The translations under genes and the position numbers were made by a program. Below the pieces are notes generated by a model. The model was not told the DNA's origin. It saw only the letters and a program-made list of their open reading frames with translations, and searched no databases. A stretch of 64,000 nt of DNA, taken from positions 32,001-96,000 of the forward strand of contig CAWHHI010000010.1 in assembly GCA_963829055.1 (NCBI GenBank). The letters are read 5' to 3'. The DNA is from an uncultured Gemmatimonadaceae bacterium (GTDB taxonomy: Bacteria > Gemmatimonadota > Gemmatimonadetes > Gemmatimonadales > Gemmatimonadaceae). Below, in pieces: positions 33,382 through 44,516 of this stretch; position 1 is the first letter of the stretch; each line of letters opens with the position of its first letter.

Positions 33382-33498
33382 GTCATTCCGAGCGAGCGAC
33401 AGCGAGTCGAGGAATCCTTGGCTTCGTGGTAGAGGGCCCTCTCCTCGGTAAGCAAGGATTCCTCGACTGCGCGCCTCCGGCGCTTCGCTCGGAATGAC
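33382..33498. repeat. REP family A2 element
   Basis: GTCATTCCGAG...CTCGGAATGAC with inner GTCGAGGAATCC/GGATTCCTCGAC stem. Confidence 0.85.
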
Positions 33499-33536
33499 AA
33501 CCCTGCACTCCACCCCTAGCACCTAGAAGAGGATAT

Positions 33537-33911
33537 ATGCCACTGATCACCACACCGATGTCACCGGTCTTCGAGCTTCCCTTTCTCTCGGTTACCGGCC
33601 TCGCCGCACCAAGCCGCGGCGCGCAGGAAACGTGCGTATGGCGCCTCACCCTCGCGCCGGGAGCGCCCGGCACCGTCCACTCGATGGATCGCGAAGAGAT
33701 CTTCGTCGCGTTCGCGGGACGCGCCACCGTCGCCATCGACGGTCAGGAGATCGACCTCAACGCCGGCGACGCCTTCATCGTTCCCGCAGGGGAGCTGTTT
33801 TCCCTCGCGAACCCCGGCTCGGAGCCGTTCTCGGCCGTCGCGCTGGCTCCGGTCGGTGGGCGGGCAACTCTGCCGGGCGGTGAACCTTTCAGCCCGCCGT
33901 GGACGGAGTGA
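33537..33911 (+). CDS. Cupin domain protein
   Basis: GAGGA RBS; HSMDREEIFVAFAG...LNAGDAFIVPAG...LAN. Confidence 0.85.
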   Translation: MPLITTPMSPVFELPFLSVTGLAAPSRGAQETCVWRLTLAPGAPGTVHSMDREEIFVAFAGRATVAIDGQEIDLNAGDAFIVPAGELFSLANPGSEPFSAVALAPVGGRATLPGGEPFSPPWTE

Positions 33912-33932
33912 GTGCAACGCGCGGTGGTCGAA

Positions 33933-35081
33933 TCAGCGTGGCAAATGCACCGTGAACGCCGTGCCAGCGTCATCGGCCGATGTCACGTCGATTCGACCTC
34001 CGTGCGCCGCAACGACTCGCTCGGCGATGTAGAGACCAAGACCGAAGCTGGTCGAGCTGCTCGATGGCGTCTCGCCCGATTGGAGTCGCTTGAACGGTCG
34101 GAAGAGACCCGGGATCGATGCCGCGGGAATAGCGGGACCGTAGTTGTGCACGCGAAGCACGATCTCATCTCGCGCACCCTGGATCGTCATGACGATCGTC
34201 GTGTCCGCCGAACCGTGTTGCACCGCGTTGCCGAGCAGGTTCGCGAGCAGTTGGCCGATGCGCGCGCAGTCCCAGTTTCCGCGCAGATCGCCTGACGTGT
34301 CCAGCTGAATCACGCGGTTCGGATGCGCCGAGGACAACTCGGCGACAGCGTTGGCTGCCTCGTTCGCCAGGTTCATCTCCTCACGCACGATGGGGACGCT
34401 CGAGCCCAACCGGCTGCGTGTGAACTCCAGCAGATCCCCGACCATTCGGTTCATTCGCTTCGAGCTGCGGACGATGCCCGTCGTGAGCGTGAGCAGCGGC
34501 TCCTTCAGGTCGCCGGTATCGAGCATGAACTGCGACGACAGCGCAACGGCGCCAAGCGGCGAGCGAAGATCGTGACCAAGGATCGCCAGGAACATCTCCT
34601 TCGACTGGTCGACGTCCACCGTGTATCGCGTGATGGACTCGGCGAGCGACTGATCGATCGCTTCGTTGAAGCGCATCAGGTCATCAATGTCTGCACGGCC
34701 CAAACTTCCGTTCTCCAGCGTCCAGAGCCGGAGGACGCTCGCGCGCAACGCGCGGTATTCAGACACCATCTCGGCGACCGTGAAGCCACTCTCGGCGCGG
34801 CCAGCGCCGTGCACTTCGGCCGCTGTCTCTGTTCCGCTATCGGGGGGCTCGGCGTTTCCCTTGGACTTGTCGGCCTGTTCGAGCGGAGTCTGCGCCGTTC
34901 TGAGATCCGCGGTGATGGCTTGCAGCATCTCCAACGCGTGATCGCGAAGCGCCGCCATGTCCATCTTGCCGCCGGCCGGGCCGCAGGTTTCTGCGAACAG
35001 GGCCCATTCGACGAGAATGGGCTCGGCGTTCGTTTCTATGAAGTCGGCGAGTCGCAGAGTGTCTCCAGGGACGGCATCCAC
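33933..35081 (-). CDS. Sensor histidine kinase with RsbRD-N-like N-terminal domain
   Basis: LADFI..N.EPILVEW, HGAGRAESGF..MVSEYRALRASV, GHDLRSPL, NLLGNAVQHG, GLGLYI. Confidence 0.9.
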   Translation of the reverse strand: MDAVPGDTLRLADFIETNAEPILVEWALFAETCGPAGGKMDMAALRDHALEMLQAITADLRTAQTPLEQADKSKGNAEPPDSGTETAAEVHGAGRAESGFTVAEMVSEYRALRASVLRLWTLENGSLGRADIDDLMRFNEAIDQSLAESITRYTVDVDQSKEMFLAILGHDLRSPLGAVALSSQFMLDTGDLKEPLLTLTTGIVRSSKRMNRMVGDLLEFTRSRLGSSVPIVREEMNLANEAANAVAELSSAHPNRVIQLDTSGDLRGNWDCARIGQLLANLLGNAVQHGSADTTIVMTIQGARDEIVLRVHNYGPAIPAASIPGLFRPFKRLQSGETPSSSSTSFGLGLYIAERVVAAHGGRIDVTSADDAGTAFTVHLPR

Positions 35082-35133
35082 CTGAACAGTAGCTGGCGAA
35101 CAAGTTCAGCGGCGAGACGCAGAACACAGTGAT

Positions 35134-35251
35134 TGTCATCCCGAGCGGCAGCGAAGCGGCAGCGAGGGATCTTCCGTGAAGGCATCGTAGCCGGTCTGGC
35201 CACGAGTACTTCACAGAAGGTCCCTCGTCGCTGCCGCTCCTCGGGATGACA
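35134..35251. repeat. REP family A1 element
   Basis: Terminal IR plus the conserved core GCCACGAGTACTTCAC. Confidence 0.85.
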
Positions 35252-35259
35252 CAACCGGC

Positions 35260-37934
35260 TCAGTTCACGCCTAACCAGTAGCTCACCTTCACCACGAAGA
35301 AGTTGTCGCCCGGCACCTGCGTCGAGTTCCAGACATCGCGCGGGTTGATGAGCTGTCCGGTCGGTGTCCGATCCTGACGACTCTGCTGCCAGATCAGGTA
35401 ACGCCGTGCTGCCGGGCAGCCACTCCCATCGCAGCACGAGATTCGAGCGGAACGACAGCCGATTGAAGTCGAGCGCCGGAATCGTGAATGACGCCGCGCC
35501 ATCGCGTCACCGTGCTCACGCCGGCGGTGTCCTTCGTGATCGTCGTTCCCGTTCCCGGCGCACCATACGTTCGCAGCGTGCGGCTCCGCGGCGCCGGCAG
35601 CTCGCCGAAGTCGTAGAACCGTCCACTCGCCGCGAACGGCTCCGCGTAGGCCTCGACCGTGAAGTTCGGCGTGAACGCGTAGTTGAGCGCGGAACCGCGC
35701 CGACAGCGTACTGCGTTCGATGAACGCGAACACGTAGCGCCCGCCGAACGTCGCCGCGCTGCCGTCGCGCGCGCGTCATGACGTACTGGCGCCCATCCAC
35801 GGAGCGCGAGTACGTCGGATCCACGGACGCCTGCCACTGCGAGCGCGGGGCGAATCGCGATGCCCGTGCTCGCGTCCCAGCGCCAGCCGCCGAACTCGTC
35901 GTCGAAGTACTCGGTGCGCGCGTTCCACGTCGTCGGCACGTTCGGCCGGCTCGTCAGCTGCGCGGTGAGCGTGTACGCGTTCGGCGTGCCCATGAGCGGG
36001 CCGCCGCGCGTGAGGTCGTCGCTCAGCGAACGCCGGTGCAGGACGCCGCGGCCCGTGATGCGCCAGAAGTTGTGCAGCGTGAACTGGCACGTTCTCGTTG
36101 AACCGCAGGTACTGCTGGATGCCGCCGTAGTTCCAGCCGGCCTGCGTCGACGTCCCGAACTGGATAGAAGCGGACGTACTTGTTCGGCTTCGTGTCGCGG
36201 AGCTGGATGTCGGCGTTGAAGTCGATGTCGTCGCCGCTCCGCATCTGCCCGGCGTCGTTGATGTCGAACTCCGGCGACCGCGTCGACAGCTGAATGCCGC
36301 CGAGCGTGAAGCGGCCTGCGTTCTTGTCCAGCCGCAGCGACGCCGTGCCGCCGCTCAGCGACGTACGCGTCGGATCGAACGAGATGTGGTCCTGATCCGG
36401 TCGCTGGAAGTAGTGCGCACTCGCACGCTGCAAGCGCGCGATCGCGACGGAATCGCCACTCACGTGACTCCCGCCGACCCAGCCCGTGACCTCGTACATC
36501 CCTTCCATGTATCGAAGGCGCCAGTCTACGCCGCCGGTCACTGCGCTGCGTCGGCAACAGCTGCTCCAGGCCACCCCGATCGTCGAGCCAGCGTCTGACG
36601 TGCGTCAGCGACGCGCCGACGTTCGACTGGCGACTGCCGAATTCCTGCTGCAGGCGCAGCACGCCGTACGACGACGGCGGTTCGACCGCAATCCGGTCGG
36701 TGACGCCGGTCGTCGTATCGAACGTGCTTGCGTACTCGCGCGGCGTGATTGCGGCGAGTGCACCAACGGAGAGTCCCGAGGCCAGTCGACCCGTCACCTT
36801 CGCGGCCGAGATGATCGTCGTGTTCGTCGGCGCGTCCACGAAATCGCCTGACGCGAAGCCACGCGGCGACGCCCCGATGCGCCGACTGTAGAACCAGCTC
36901 GGCCGTCCGATGAAGCTCTGGCCTCGGCCCGTGAGCAGTTCGTTCCCCTCGATGAAGAATGGGCGCCGCTCCTCGAAGATCGTCTCGAACGCGGTCAGGT
37001 TCACGACGGCCGGATCGGCCTCCACCTGGCCGAAGTCCGGGTTGATCGTCGCGTCCAACGTCAGGTTCGGGCCGAGTCCGTACTTGAGATCGCCGCCGGC
37101 GCGAGCGCCGACTTTGTCGTCGAACGGGTTTTGCGGGTTGACGTTCGCGCGGTACGTGAGATCGCCGGCCACGTACGGCAGGAGCTCGAGTCGACGCGCG
37201 GGCGGAATGCCGGCAATGCCCTCGAGACGTCCGAAGTGCGACGAGAAGCCCGCGGCGGCAACGGGGATGAGCACCCACTGCAGCCGCTCGCTCTTGTCCG
37301 GGATGTTGCGCGTGAGCTCGAGTCCCCACGTCTGCTCCGCGCTCGCGTTGAAGCGAAGCTGCGAGAAGGGGATGTGCATCTCCGCCGTCCACCCCTGCTC
37401 GTCGACACGCGCCCGCGCCGTCCAGATCGGATCGTACTGCGCTTCGCGGCCCGAGTCCTCGCTGTCCTGCGAGTGGTAGGCGTCGCCGCGCACGCCGCCT
37501 GACGAGATCGAGAAGCTGTACGCCGTTCGTCGGTCGAGATACGGGTCGAGCGAGACCGTGAACACCTCGGCGTCGCTGTCGCCGTCACGCCGCGTGATGG
37601 ACGTGCGGATCGCGTTAGGATCTGGCCGTGAGAGGCGCGCGCCGACGTAGAGGCCGTGGTCGTCGTACAGCAACCGGACTTCCGTGGCGACGCTCGGCTC
37701 CGCGCCTTCGACCGGAATCTTCTGCACGAACGCGGTGATCGCCGGCGCCTGCGTCCAGGCCGGGTCGTCGAGGACACCGTCGATGCGGGGTGGAGAACCG
37801 ACGATGCGCACGGCGTTCGCCGTCCTGGTCGGAGCAGCCGGCTGAATCTGGGCCGCAAGCGAAGCGGTCGTTGCGGCGCTGAGCAGGAGCGTCGTCGCAA
37901 TGGTCCAGCGAATCGATGTCATGAAGCGTGGCAC
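35260..37934 (-). CDS. CBM9-like/DUF5916 outer-membrane protein; several frameshifts
   Basis: PRIDGVLDDPAW, WTAEMHIPFSQLRF, TINPDFGQVEADPAVVNLTAFETIFEERRPFFIEG, terminal VVKVSYW. Confidence 0.85.
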
Positions 37935-38585
37935 CTAACGCGGTACGCGTATGGGGGTCCAGAGCTGTGGGCTCCGTTCGACCCGTTGCGCGGGGGTTCC
38001 GGACGCGGGCTCAGGCCAGCTCCACCAACCGTTCGGTCCATCGTTGTACGTGCGGAAGGCGATGCGAGGTGGCGCGGTGGTCGACGCGCCGAAGGCAGCG
38101 TCGCGAATGCGAAGCTCCACGGTCCAGCTGGAGGACGACGAGCTCGACGCGACGTCCCAGTCCTCGCCGCGACGGACGGGGCCGAGCATCGGCGGTTCCT
38201 GGCCTGGCGTGTTCCACCGACCCGATACGGCCGTGGAGACGATGCTGCTGTCGAGCGTGCGGCGAAGGTACCACTGACGGTCGCCAGGCTGCGGCGACGC
38301 GTCGGCGCTGCCGTTCGCGTCGAGGCTGACGACGAAGTCGTCGCCCCAGTAGAACGTGGAATCGGGGAGCGCGGCGGCGATGTAGACGAAGCCGTCGTGG
38401 CGCGCGAGCCAGACGCGGGCAACACCAGCGGCCGTCGTTATGCGGATCGGCTGGTCGCCATACTCCCGCTCGGCGACACGGCCATCCATGACGGGCGCCG
38501 CGCGCAGCGTCGCGGCATCGATCGTGTCCGCCGGTGCGTGCGTCGTGAGACCGCTCAGCGCGGCCAATGAAACGAGAAAATTCAT
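37935..38585 (-). CDS. Secreted hypothetical protein (DOMON/CBM9-like)
   Basis: Signal-like N-terminus; PVMDGRV...EY, HDGFVYIA, WTVELRI; its stop abuts the next gene's start. Confidence 0.65.
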   Translation of the reverse strand: MNFLVSLAALSGLTTHAPADTIDAATLRAAPVMDGRVAEREYGDQPIRITTAAGVARVWLARHDGFVYIAAALPDSTFYWGDDFVVSLDANGSADASPQPGDRQWYLRRTLDSSIVSTAVSGRWNTPGQEPPMLGPVRRGEDWDVASSSSSSSWTVELRIRDAAFGASTTAPPRIAFRTYNDGPNGWWSWPEPASGTPAQRVERSPQLWTPIRVPR

Positions 38586-38860
38586 GATGGATGAATGCGG
38601 GTCGGGCCTGCGAGCGACTACGAGCATCTGTTACTCAGCGCGAATCTGCCGATTCCCCGGTGTCCGGGTCCATGACGCAGAGAAGATAGCGCGTGAATCC
38701 CGGCGGCTCGCCGTCCAGTGGGGTTTCGGAGGGGAGTCCACCCGGTACGACTCGCGCCTCATCATTGGCCCAGCACCGGGTTGGCGGGTGGATGCCGCAG
38801 GATCAAATTCACCGAGGAGCGTGTCGTGCGACCAGAGCGGTATGCCGCATTGGTCGTGAA

Positions 38861-39892
38861 TCAGCGGGTCCGCGACGCTGTGAGCCGATCGAGGAGGGCC
38901 TGTCGCTCCGCACCGTCGATGAACCGTCCGCCGAGCGTGATGGCGTCGATGCGGGCGGTGTTGCGGATATCGAGGAGCGGGTCGGCGTCGAGGATGAGCA
39001 GGTCTGCCAGCTTGCCGACCACGACGCTGCCGATTCGCTTGTCCCACCCCATGGTGCGGGCGGCGTCGAACGTCGCGGCTCGCAACGCTTCCACCGGCGT
39101 TAGGCCCGCCGCCACGAGCAGGCGCATTTCGTCGTGCATAGCGGCGCCGCTGGGCCGCGGGCCATCTGTGCCCGCAATGACGATGCCGCCCGCGTCGTGA
39201 AAGCGTCGCACGAATCGCATTGCGCCATCGCTGCTTCCCGTCACGAGCGTCGGCGCGAGCCAGACGTGGCGCTCGACCATCAGGCGCACGAGCGAGTCGC
39301 TAAAGAGCGAGTCGCTGACCAGCGAGTCGCGGAACGCGGTGTCCTGCGCGCCCTCGCTCCCGCGTAACGGCCGAATAGCGCCGGCCGACGCGATATACCA
39401 ACGATCGACGTTCGTGGAAACACGCAGGCGCGGCAGAGGTGCTTCGCGGTCGCGGGTGTCGCGTAACGCGGCGACGGCAACGTCGATCGCATGGGAGCTC
39501 ACCTCCTGCAGCGTCGTGACCCCGAACGGCACGAACGGTTCGAGTGGGTGATTGGTGCTGCCGGACGTTGTCGCGCTGTCGCCACTCCTGGCGAGATGCG
39601 AGTGGGTGTCGATCAACCCTGGGATCACGAACTTCCCGCGACCTTCGACGGTTCCGTAGCCGTCGGGGACGCGCACCTGCGAGCTCAGCCCGATGGTGGC
39701 AATGCGATCGCCTTCGACGATGATCGTCTGGTCGCGGAGGCGCGTGCCGTGCTCGACATCGATGACGGTGACGTGCGTGATCCCGATGGGGCGCGGCGCG
39801 GCAGCCCGGCCGCGGATCTCAGCGGCGTTCGTCGAGACAGCGTAGGCCGTCACGCAGACCGTCACGGCGAGTAGCGCGATCGCGGGTCGCAT
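38861..39892 (-). CDS. Amidohydrolase family protein with a shortened central barrel
   Basis: GAGGAG RBS, signal peptide, GKFVIPGLIDTHSH, IAGTD, GKLADLLILDADPL; a 15-bp x3 in-frame repeat (DSLVS/DSLFS/DSLVR) at 39291-39330. Confidence 0.8.
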   Translation of the reverse strand: MRPAIALLAVTVCVTAYAVSTNAAEIRGRAAAPRPIGITHVTVIDVEHGTRLRDQTIIVEGDRIATIGLSSQVRVPDGYGTVEGRGKFVIPGLIDTHSHLARSGDSATTSGSTNHPLEPFVPFGVTTLQEVSSHAIDVAVAALRDTRDREAPLPRLRVSTNVDRWYIASAGAIRPLRGSEGAQDTAFRDSLVSDSLFSDSLVRLMVERHVWLAPTLVTGSSDGAMRFVRRFHDAGGIVIAGTDGPRPSGAAMHDEMRLLVAAGLTPVEALRAATFDAARTMGWDKRIGSVVVGKLADLLILDADPLLDIRNTARIDAITLGGRFIDGAERQALLDRLTASRTR

Positions 39893-39936
39893 CGCTCCTC
39901 CGCTGAGCAGGTGGGACTCGCCTGACGATACTCGTA

Positions 39937-39998
39937 TCATCCCGAGGAGCGCTAGCGACCAGGGACGTTCTGTGCCCAGGCTTCCGCTCTCGGGATGA
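39937..39998. repeat. Short REP family A1 derivative
   Basis: TCATCCCGAG...CTCGGGATGA. Confidence 0.7.
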
Positions 39999-40106
39999 CC
40001 CGTTGGCAGAACGCGGACAATTGACGACCTCCGCATTGTGGTGAAGATTCGCGGGCAGGTCACCCAGCGAAGCTGCTGCACCGGGGCGTTCCCAGGTGGA
40101 GAACCC

Positions 40107-41401
40107 ATGTCGAGCAGCGTCCTGCAGCAACCTGCGTCCGTCGCGATTCCGTCGACGCCCTTCGCGCTCGGCGCCGACCGGGCGGCTCGACGTCCTCGAC
40201 GTGCTGCGCGGCATCGCGCTGCTCGGGATGTACGTCGTCCATTTCAACGACTACGCCACGAGCGCGCTCGAAGGATCTCCCGCTGCCGCGTCGGCACCGG
40301 TGCGCGTGCTGGAATCGACTCATCTCGCTGTTCTTCGATGGCCGGTTCTACACGATGTTCGGAATGCTGTTCGGCATCGGATTCGCGCTGCAGCTGCGGC
40401 GTGCGGACGCTCGCGGCGAGCGCTTCACCGCGCGATTCGTTAGGCGCCTGGCCGCGCTCGCGGTCTTCGGCGCGATCGCCGAGGGGGTGTTCGGCTACAA
40501 CGTCCTGTTCGGCTACGCGCTCTGGGGATTGCCGCTGTTGCTGATCCGGCGGTGGCCGATTCGCGCGCTGGTGGTGCTCGCCGTTCTCTGCGCGGCGTCG
40601 CGGCCGATCTACAACGTCGGGCGGTTCGCGATTGTCGGGCGGGACCGGTTCGTCGCAGAAACCCAGGCGAAGGCAACGGCGTTCAGAGCTGCGTCTGCTC
40701 GCCGCGACACCGAGACGGAATCGCGCGACTTCAGGACCGTGGTCGCGGCGCGAGCTCGGTTCATGCCGATCTTCCACCGACAGTGGAGCGTGTTGCCCTG
40801 GGGAAGCTTCACGCTCTTCGTCGTAGGGCTGATCTGGTTCCGACTCGGTCTGTTCGACCAACCCGAGCAGCATCGCCGGCTGATCGTCGCGCTGATGGTC
40901 GCCGGGGCTGCGTCGTGGGCGATCGAAGACTGGGGCCTCCCCTTCGGCGCGCCTATCCCGCAACCGCTCCCGAAAGACATCTCCACGCTCGGCTTCCTGA
41001 CGGCGATCGCCCGTACGAATGGGCTCATGCTCTTCCGCGACGCGTGGCTCGCGTTCACGTACATCGGAGCAGTACTGCTACTGGTCGCCCACGATCGTTC
41101 GTGGCTGCGTCGACTCGCCCCGTTAGGCTGGGCCGGTCGGATGGCGCTGACCAACTACATGACGCAGGTCATCGTGCTGGACGTGCTGTTCTCGAAGTAC
41201 GGCTTCGGCCTTACGGTCACGCCATTCGTCGGGCCGCTGTGTGCGGTGACGCTGTTCGCCGCGCACGCGCTGTTCAGCCGCTGGTGGCTCACTCGCTACC
41301 GACTCGGCCCACTCGAGTGGGTGTGGCGGTCGGTCACCTACTGGAAGCTGCAGCCACAGCGTATCGCGGCCCCTGTTGCCGGTGCAGTGGCGACCGCCTG
41401 A
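40107..41401 (+). CDS. DUF418 (YeiB-like) membrane protein; frameshifted near the 5' end
   Basis: RLDVLDVLRGIALLG, FYTMFGMLFGIGF, GRMALTNY..Q, GPLEWVWR. Confidence 0.88.
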
Positions 41402-41478
41402 CAGGATTTCCGTTCTGCAGGCGACACGGAGCTCCAACCGGGGATCAGGATTGCCGTGATGTCTCGAGGCGCGAGGGT

Positions 41479-41930
41479 AACTGCAACCCCAACTGCAACT
41501 GCAAGACAGGATGGCCAGGATGGCCAGGATTGGCAGGATGACGACTCTGCATTCACGCGCGCTCGCGCAACGGGCCGAGCCTGACGGAACAGCCGCTCGG
41601 GAAGCTACTCTCCCTGGGCTCTGGCCCCACAAAACGTTAGGCGGAGGAGGCGAGCGGCTAAACCCACGACGGGGCATCGGGCACGGGCTGCTGACGACAA
41701 CGGCAACTGCACGACAGGATTGACAGGATTTGCAGGATTGGACGCCTCTGCATTTACGCTTGCTGGCGCGAACGAGCCGAGGTGAGGGGAACCGCTGCTC
41801 GGGACGCCACTCTCCCCGAAGATGTGTTCCTTCATTCGTTAGGCCGCGCCGAGTCGCCGCTCGACGTCGAGGCGGTCATCGTGTCAATCCTGCAAATCCT
41901 GGCCATCCTGTCTTGCTGTTGTAGTTGCAC
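41479..41930. repeat. Two tandem family-B elements
   Basis: AACTGC...ACAGGAT(N2-3)CAGGAT arms at 41479-41540 and 41697-41740, right arm at 41885-41930; internal sequence aligns with the reverse complement of 20380-20550. Confidence 0.8.
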
Positions 41931-42067
41931 GCAGCACGCAGCCGGGCAACACCCGATCCGCCCTCGACAGGCCAACTGCCACCTCCACCTGTTGGTGAGT
42001 GGCAATAAGCACTACGATGGATGCGTTGTCGGCCACCAAAGGGTCTACGCTCCACACAGGAGGCAGC

Positions 42068-42367
42068 ATGTTGCTCATCCGCGACATCATGTACTGCAAG
42101 CCGGGGAAGGTGCGCGCGCTGGTCGAGAAATTCAGCGCCATGTCCAAGCTCAACGAGAAGCGCGGGCTGCCCAGGATGCGCATCATGACCGACGTTGCCG
42201 CCGAGCGTTACTGGACTGTCGTCTCGGAGATGGAGGTGCCGAGCATGGACAGCTTCATGTCGATGATGCAGAACCCCGACGACGCGAAGGAGTTCGAGAG
42301 CATCATGAAGGGCTATCATGATCTCGTGGACCAGGGTCGTCGGGAGATCTACAACATCGAGGCGTAG
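42068..42367 (+). CDS. Small NIPSNAP-like (dimeric alpha-beta barrel) protein
   Basis: GGAGG RBS; IRDIMYCKPG...RIMTD...YWTVVSEMEV...GRREIYNIE. Confidence 0.75.
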   Translation: MLLIRDIMYCKPGKVRALVEKFSAMSKLNEKRGLPRMRIMTDVAAERYWTVVSEMEVPSMDSFMSMMQNPDDAKEFESIMKGYHDLVDQGRREIYNIEA

Positions 42368-42373
42368 CTCAAT

Positions 42374-42479
42374 TGTCATCCCGAGCGCAGCGAGGGATCT
42401 TCTCGAAGGTCATCGTGGCCAGTCCCGCTACGATGACATCACGGAAGGTCCCTCGTCGCTGGCGCTCCTCGGGATGACA
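42374..42479. repeat. REP family A1 element
   Basis: TGTCATCCCGAG...CTCGGGATGACA between convergent genes. Confidence 0.85.
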
Positions 42480-42484
42480 CGCCT

Positions 42485-43836
42485 CTAGGTGACGACGATC
42501 GTGCCCTGCATCTTCGGATGCAGCGAGCAGAAGTAGTGATACGTGCCGGCCTTCGCGAGCGTGACGCTGAACCGCTGACCGGTATCGAGCAGCGGTGACG
42601 CCTTGAAGCGCTGCTCCGTGTTCACGATGAGGTGCGGCACATCGTCGTCGTTGACCCACGTGACCGGCGTGCCCGCCTTCACGGTCAGCGTCGGCGGCGT
42701 GAACTGGAAGTTGTCGATGCCGATCTCGTTAGGCGCGAGCACGGTGCGCTTCCGCTCGGCCCGCGCCTGACTCGCCGCGTCGGCGAACGCCGGCGGCTCG
42801 CCGGACAGCGTCGCGTCGACGACGGCGAGCGTGCTGCGCCCGGGAATGAACGTCACGTCCGCGATACCAAGCACGCTCTTCAGCGTCTCCGGCTCGACCT
42901 TCATCGGACCCGGGGCCGGCGCGGTGCCAGGCGTCGGCTGCGGAAAGGCCGTGGACATCGCGGTGTGAAACGAGACGCTGCCTTCGACCTTCTGCATGAT
43001 CTGGTGAATGTGTCCGTTGAGCACGGTCACCGATCCGAAGCGCTTGACGAGCGCGAGCGCCGCCTCGGAGTCGTCCGTGCCCCAGCCCCACTCGGGGTAG
43101 ACCGTCCACAGCGGCACGTGCGCGAACAGCACGATCGGCGTGCTCGCGGGCAACCGTGACACGTCCTTCTCGAGCCACGCGATCTGCTCGGCGCCGAGCG
43201 ACCCGAGTCCGCCGGCCTTGAGGTCGAGCACGTTGACGAGGCCGACGAAGTGCACGCCCTGTGATCGAAGCTGTACCAGCCGCCGCCCTTCGTGCCCTTG
43301 CCGTAGCGCGCGAGGTACGAGACGCCGTTGTCGGTCGCGACGTCGTGCTCGCCCGGGACGTAGAGGACGCGGTCGGTCTTCACCTCCTTCAGGACTTCGT
43401 TGGCCGTGTCGAACTCCGCGGGCTTGGCGAGCTGCGTGATGTCGCCGGTGTGCAGGACGAACGCCGGGGGTTGTGGCAGCGCGTTGAGCTTCGCGACCGC
43501 CTCGCGCAGCGTCGCCGCGACATCCGGGTTCGCTTCCTTGTTGAAGCCGATGTGGCTGTCGCTGATCTGGGCGAAGAAGATGCTCTTCTGCTCGGTCTCG
43601 GTGAGAAACGGGATGCGGCTCATCGCGAAGGACTTTGGGACGCCGCCACTCATGGCCCAGACGGTGGCCGTTCCCGCCCACGCCATGCAGCGCAGGAAGC
43701 CTCGCCGATCGACGCCGTCGTCGCTCAGGTCCGTCTCGATATAGTTGTCGCCGTTGGGACGCGTGTTGGTCTCGTCGTCGAACCGCGCGTCGTCGCGGTC
43801 GTGGTGCGTGTCGTGTGTATCGTGTTCGTCGCTCAC
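42485..43836 (-). CDS. Tat-exported calcineurin-like metallophosphoesterase fused to an amicyanin/plastocyanin-like cupredoxin; one frameshift near 43260
   Basis: DRRGFL; QISDSHIG, HTGD, PGEHD, FAHVP, LNGHIHQ; C-terminal IDNFQFTP...WVNDDDVPH...YFCSLHPKM. Confidence 0.88.
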
Positions 43837-43866
43837 TGGAATGCCTCGAGGCAGGGACGCCGACCA

Positions 43867-43956
43867 AGACCGCGAGTCAATTGCCTTTATTCCGCCGAAT
43901 CCGTCCTTTATCCCTGTGAAAGGCGGCGGGAATAAACTCCATGCGTCTGGGGTCTA
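43867..43956. promoter_or_regulatory. Back-to-back ECF sigma-type promoters
   Basis: GGAATAAA-N14-GGTCT on + (43929-43955) and the same on - (43893-43867). Confidence 0.7.
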
Positions 43957-43990
43957 GTGATGCGTGAAGCCAGCCCGCGATCGGAGTCCA

Positions 43991-44515
43991 ATGACTCAGG
44001 GAGACGTCCAGCGGTTCGAGCGCGTCGTCTTGCCGCACCTCGACGACGCGTATACGCTCGCGCGCTATCTGCTCCGCGATGAGCACGACGCGCAGGACGC
44101 CGTGCAGGAAGCGGCGCTGCGCGCGTTCCGCTACTTCGACGGCTACAGCGGTGGCGACGCCCGCGCCTGGCTGCTCGCGATCGTGCGCAACTGCGCGCTC
44201 AACTCGCGTCGCCGGAATCGCGTGGAGGAGCAGACCGTCTCCTTCACCGACGCCATCGATGTGTCGGCCGACGGAGTTCCGGGCGCTGACGCGGCGGCCA
44301 TCCAGGCGTCGGAACGCGCTCGCGTAAACAGAGCGGTCAACGAGTTGCCCGTCGAATTTCGCGAGGTGGTCGTGCTGCGCGAGCTTCAGGATCTGAGCTA
44401 CAAGGAGATCGGCGACGTGTTAGGCGTTCCGATCGGCACCGTGATGTCACGCCTTGCCAGGGCTCGCCGACGCCTTGCGACGCTGCTCGGCGCCGACGTT
44501 CGTGAGGCGAGCTGA
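43991..44515 (+). CDS. ECF sigma-70 factor
   Basis: DAQDAVQEA, AWLLAIVRN, LSYKEIG..LGVPIGTVMSRLARARRRL. Confidence 0.93.
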   Translation: MTQGDVQRFERVVLPHLDDAYTLARYLLRDEHDAQDAVQEAALRAFRYFDGYSGGDARAWLLAIVRNCALNSRRRNRVEEQTVSFTDAIDVSADGVPGADAAAIQASERARVNRAVNELPVEFREVVVLRELQDLSYKEIGDVLGVPIGTVMSRLARARRRLATLLGADVREAS

Positions 44516-44516
44516 C

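Noticed and set aside
31780..35268. Octamer-free gap as evidence of horizontal transfer
   Set aside because: With about 0.9 kb mean spacing and about 70 intervals, one or two gaps of 3.5-4 kb are expected by chance.
38631..38860. Unassigned 230-bp gap with short ORFs
   Set aside because: No recognisable motif, repeat or RNA structure.
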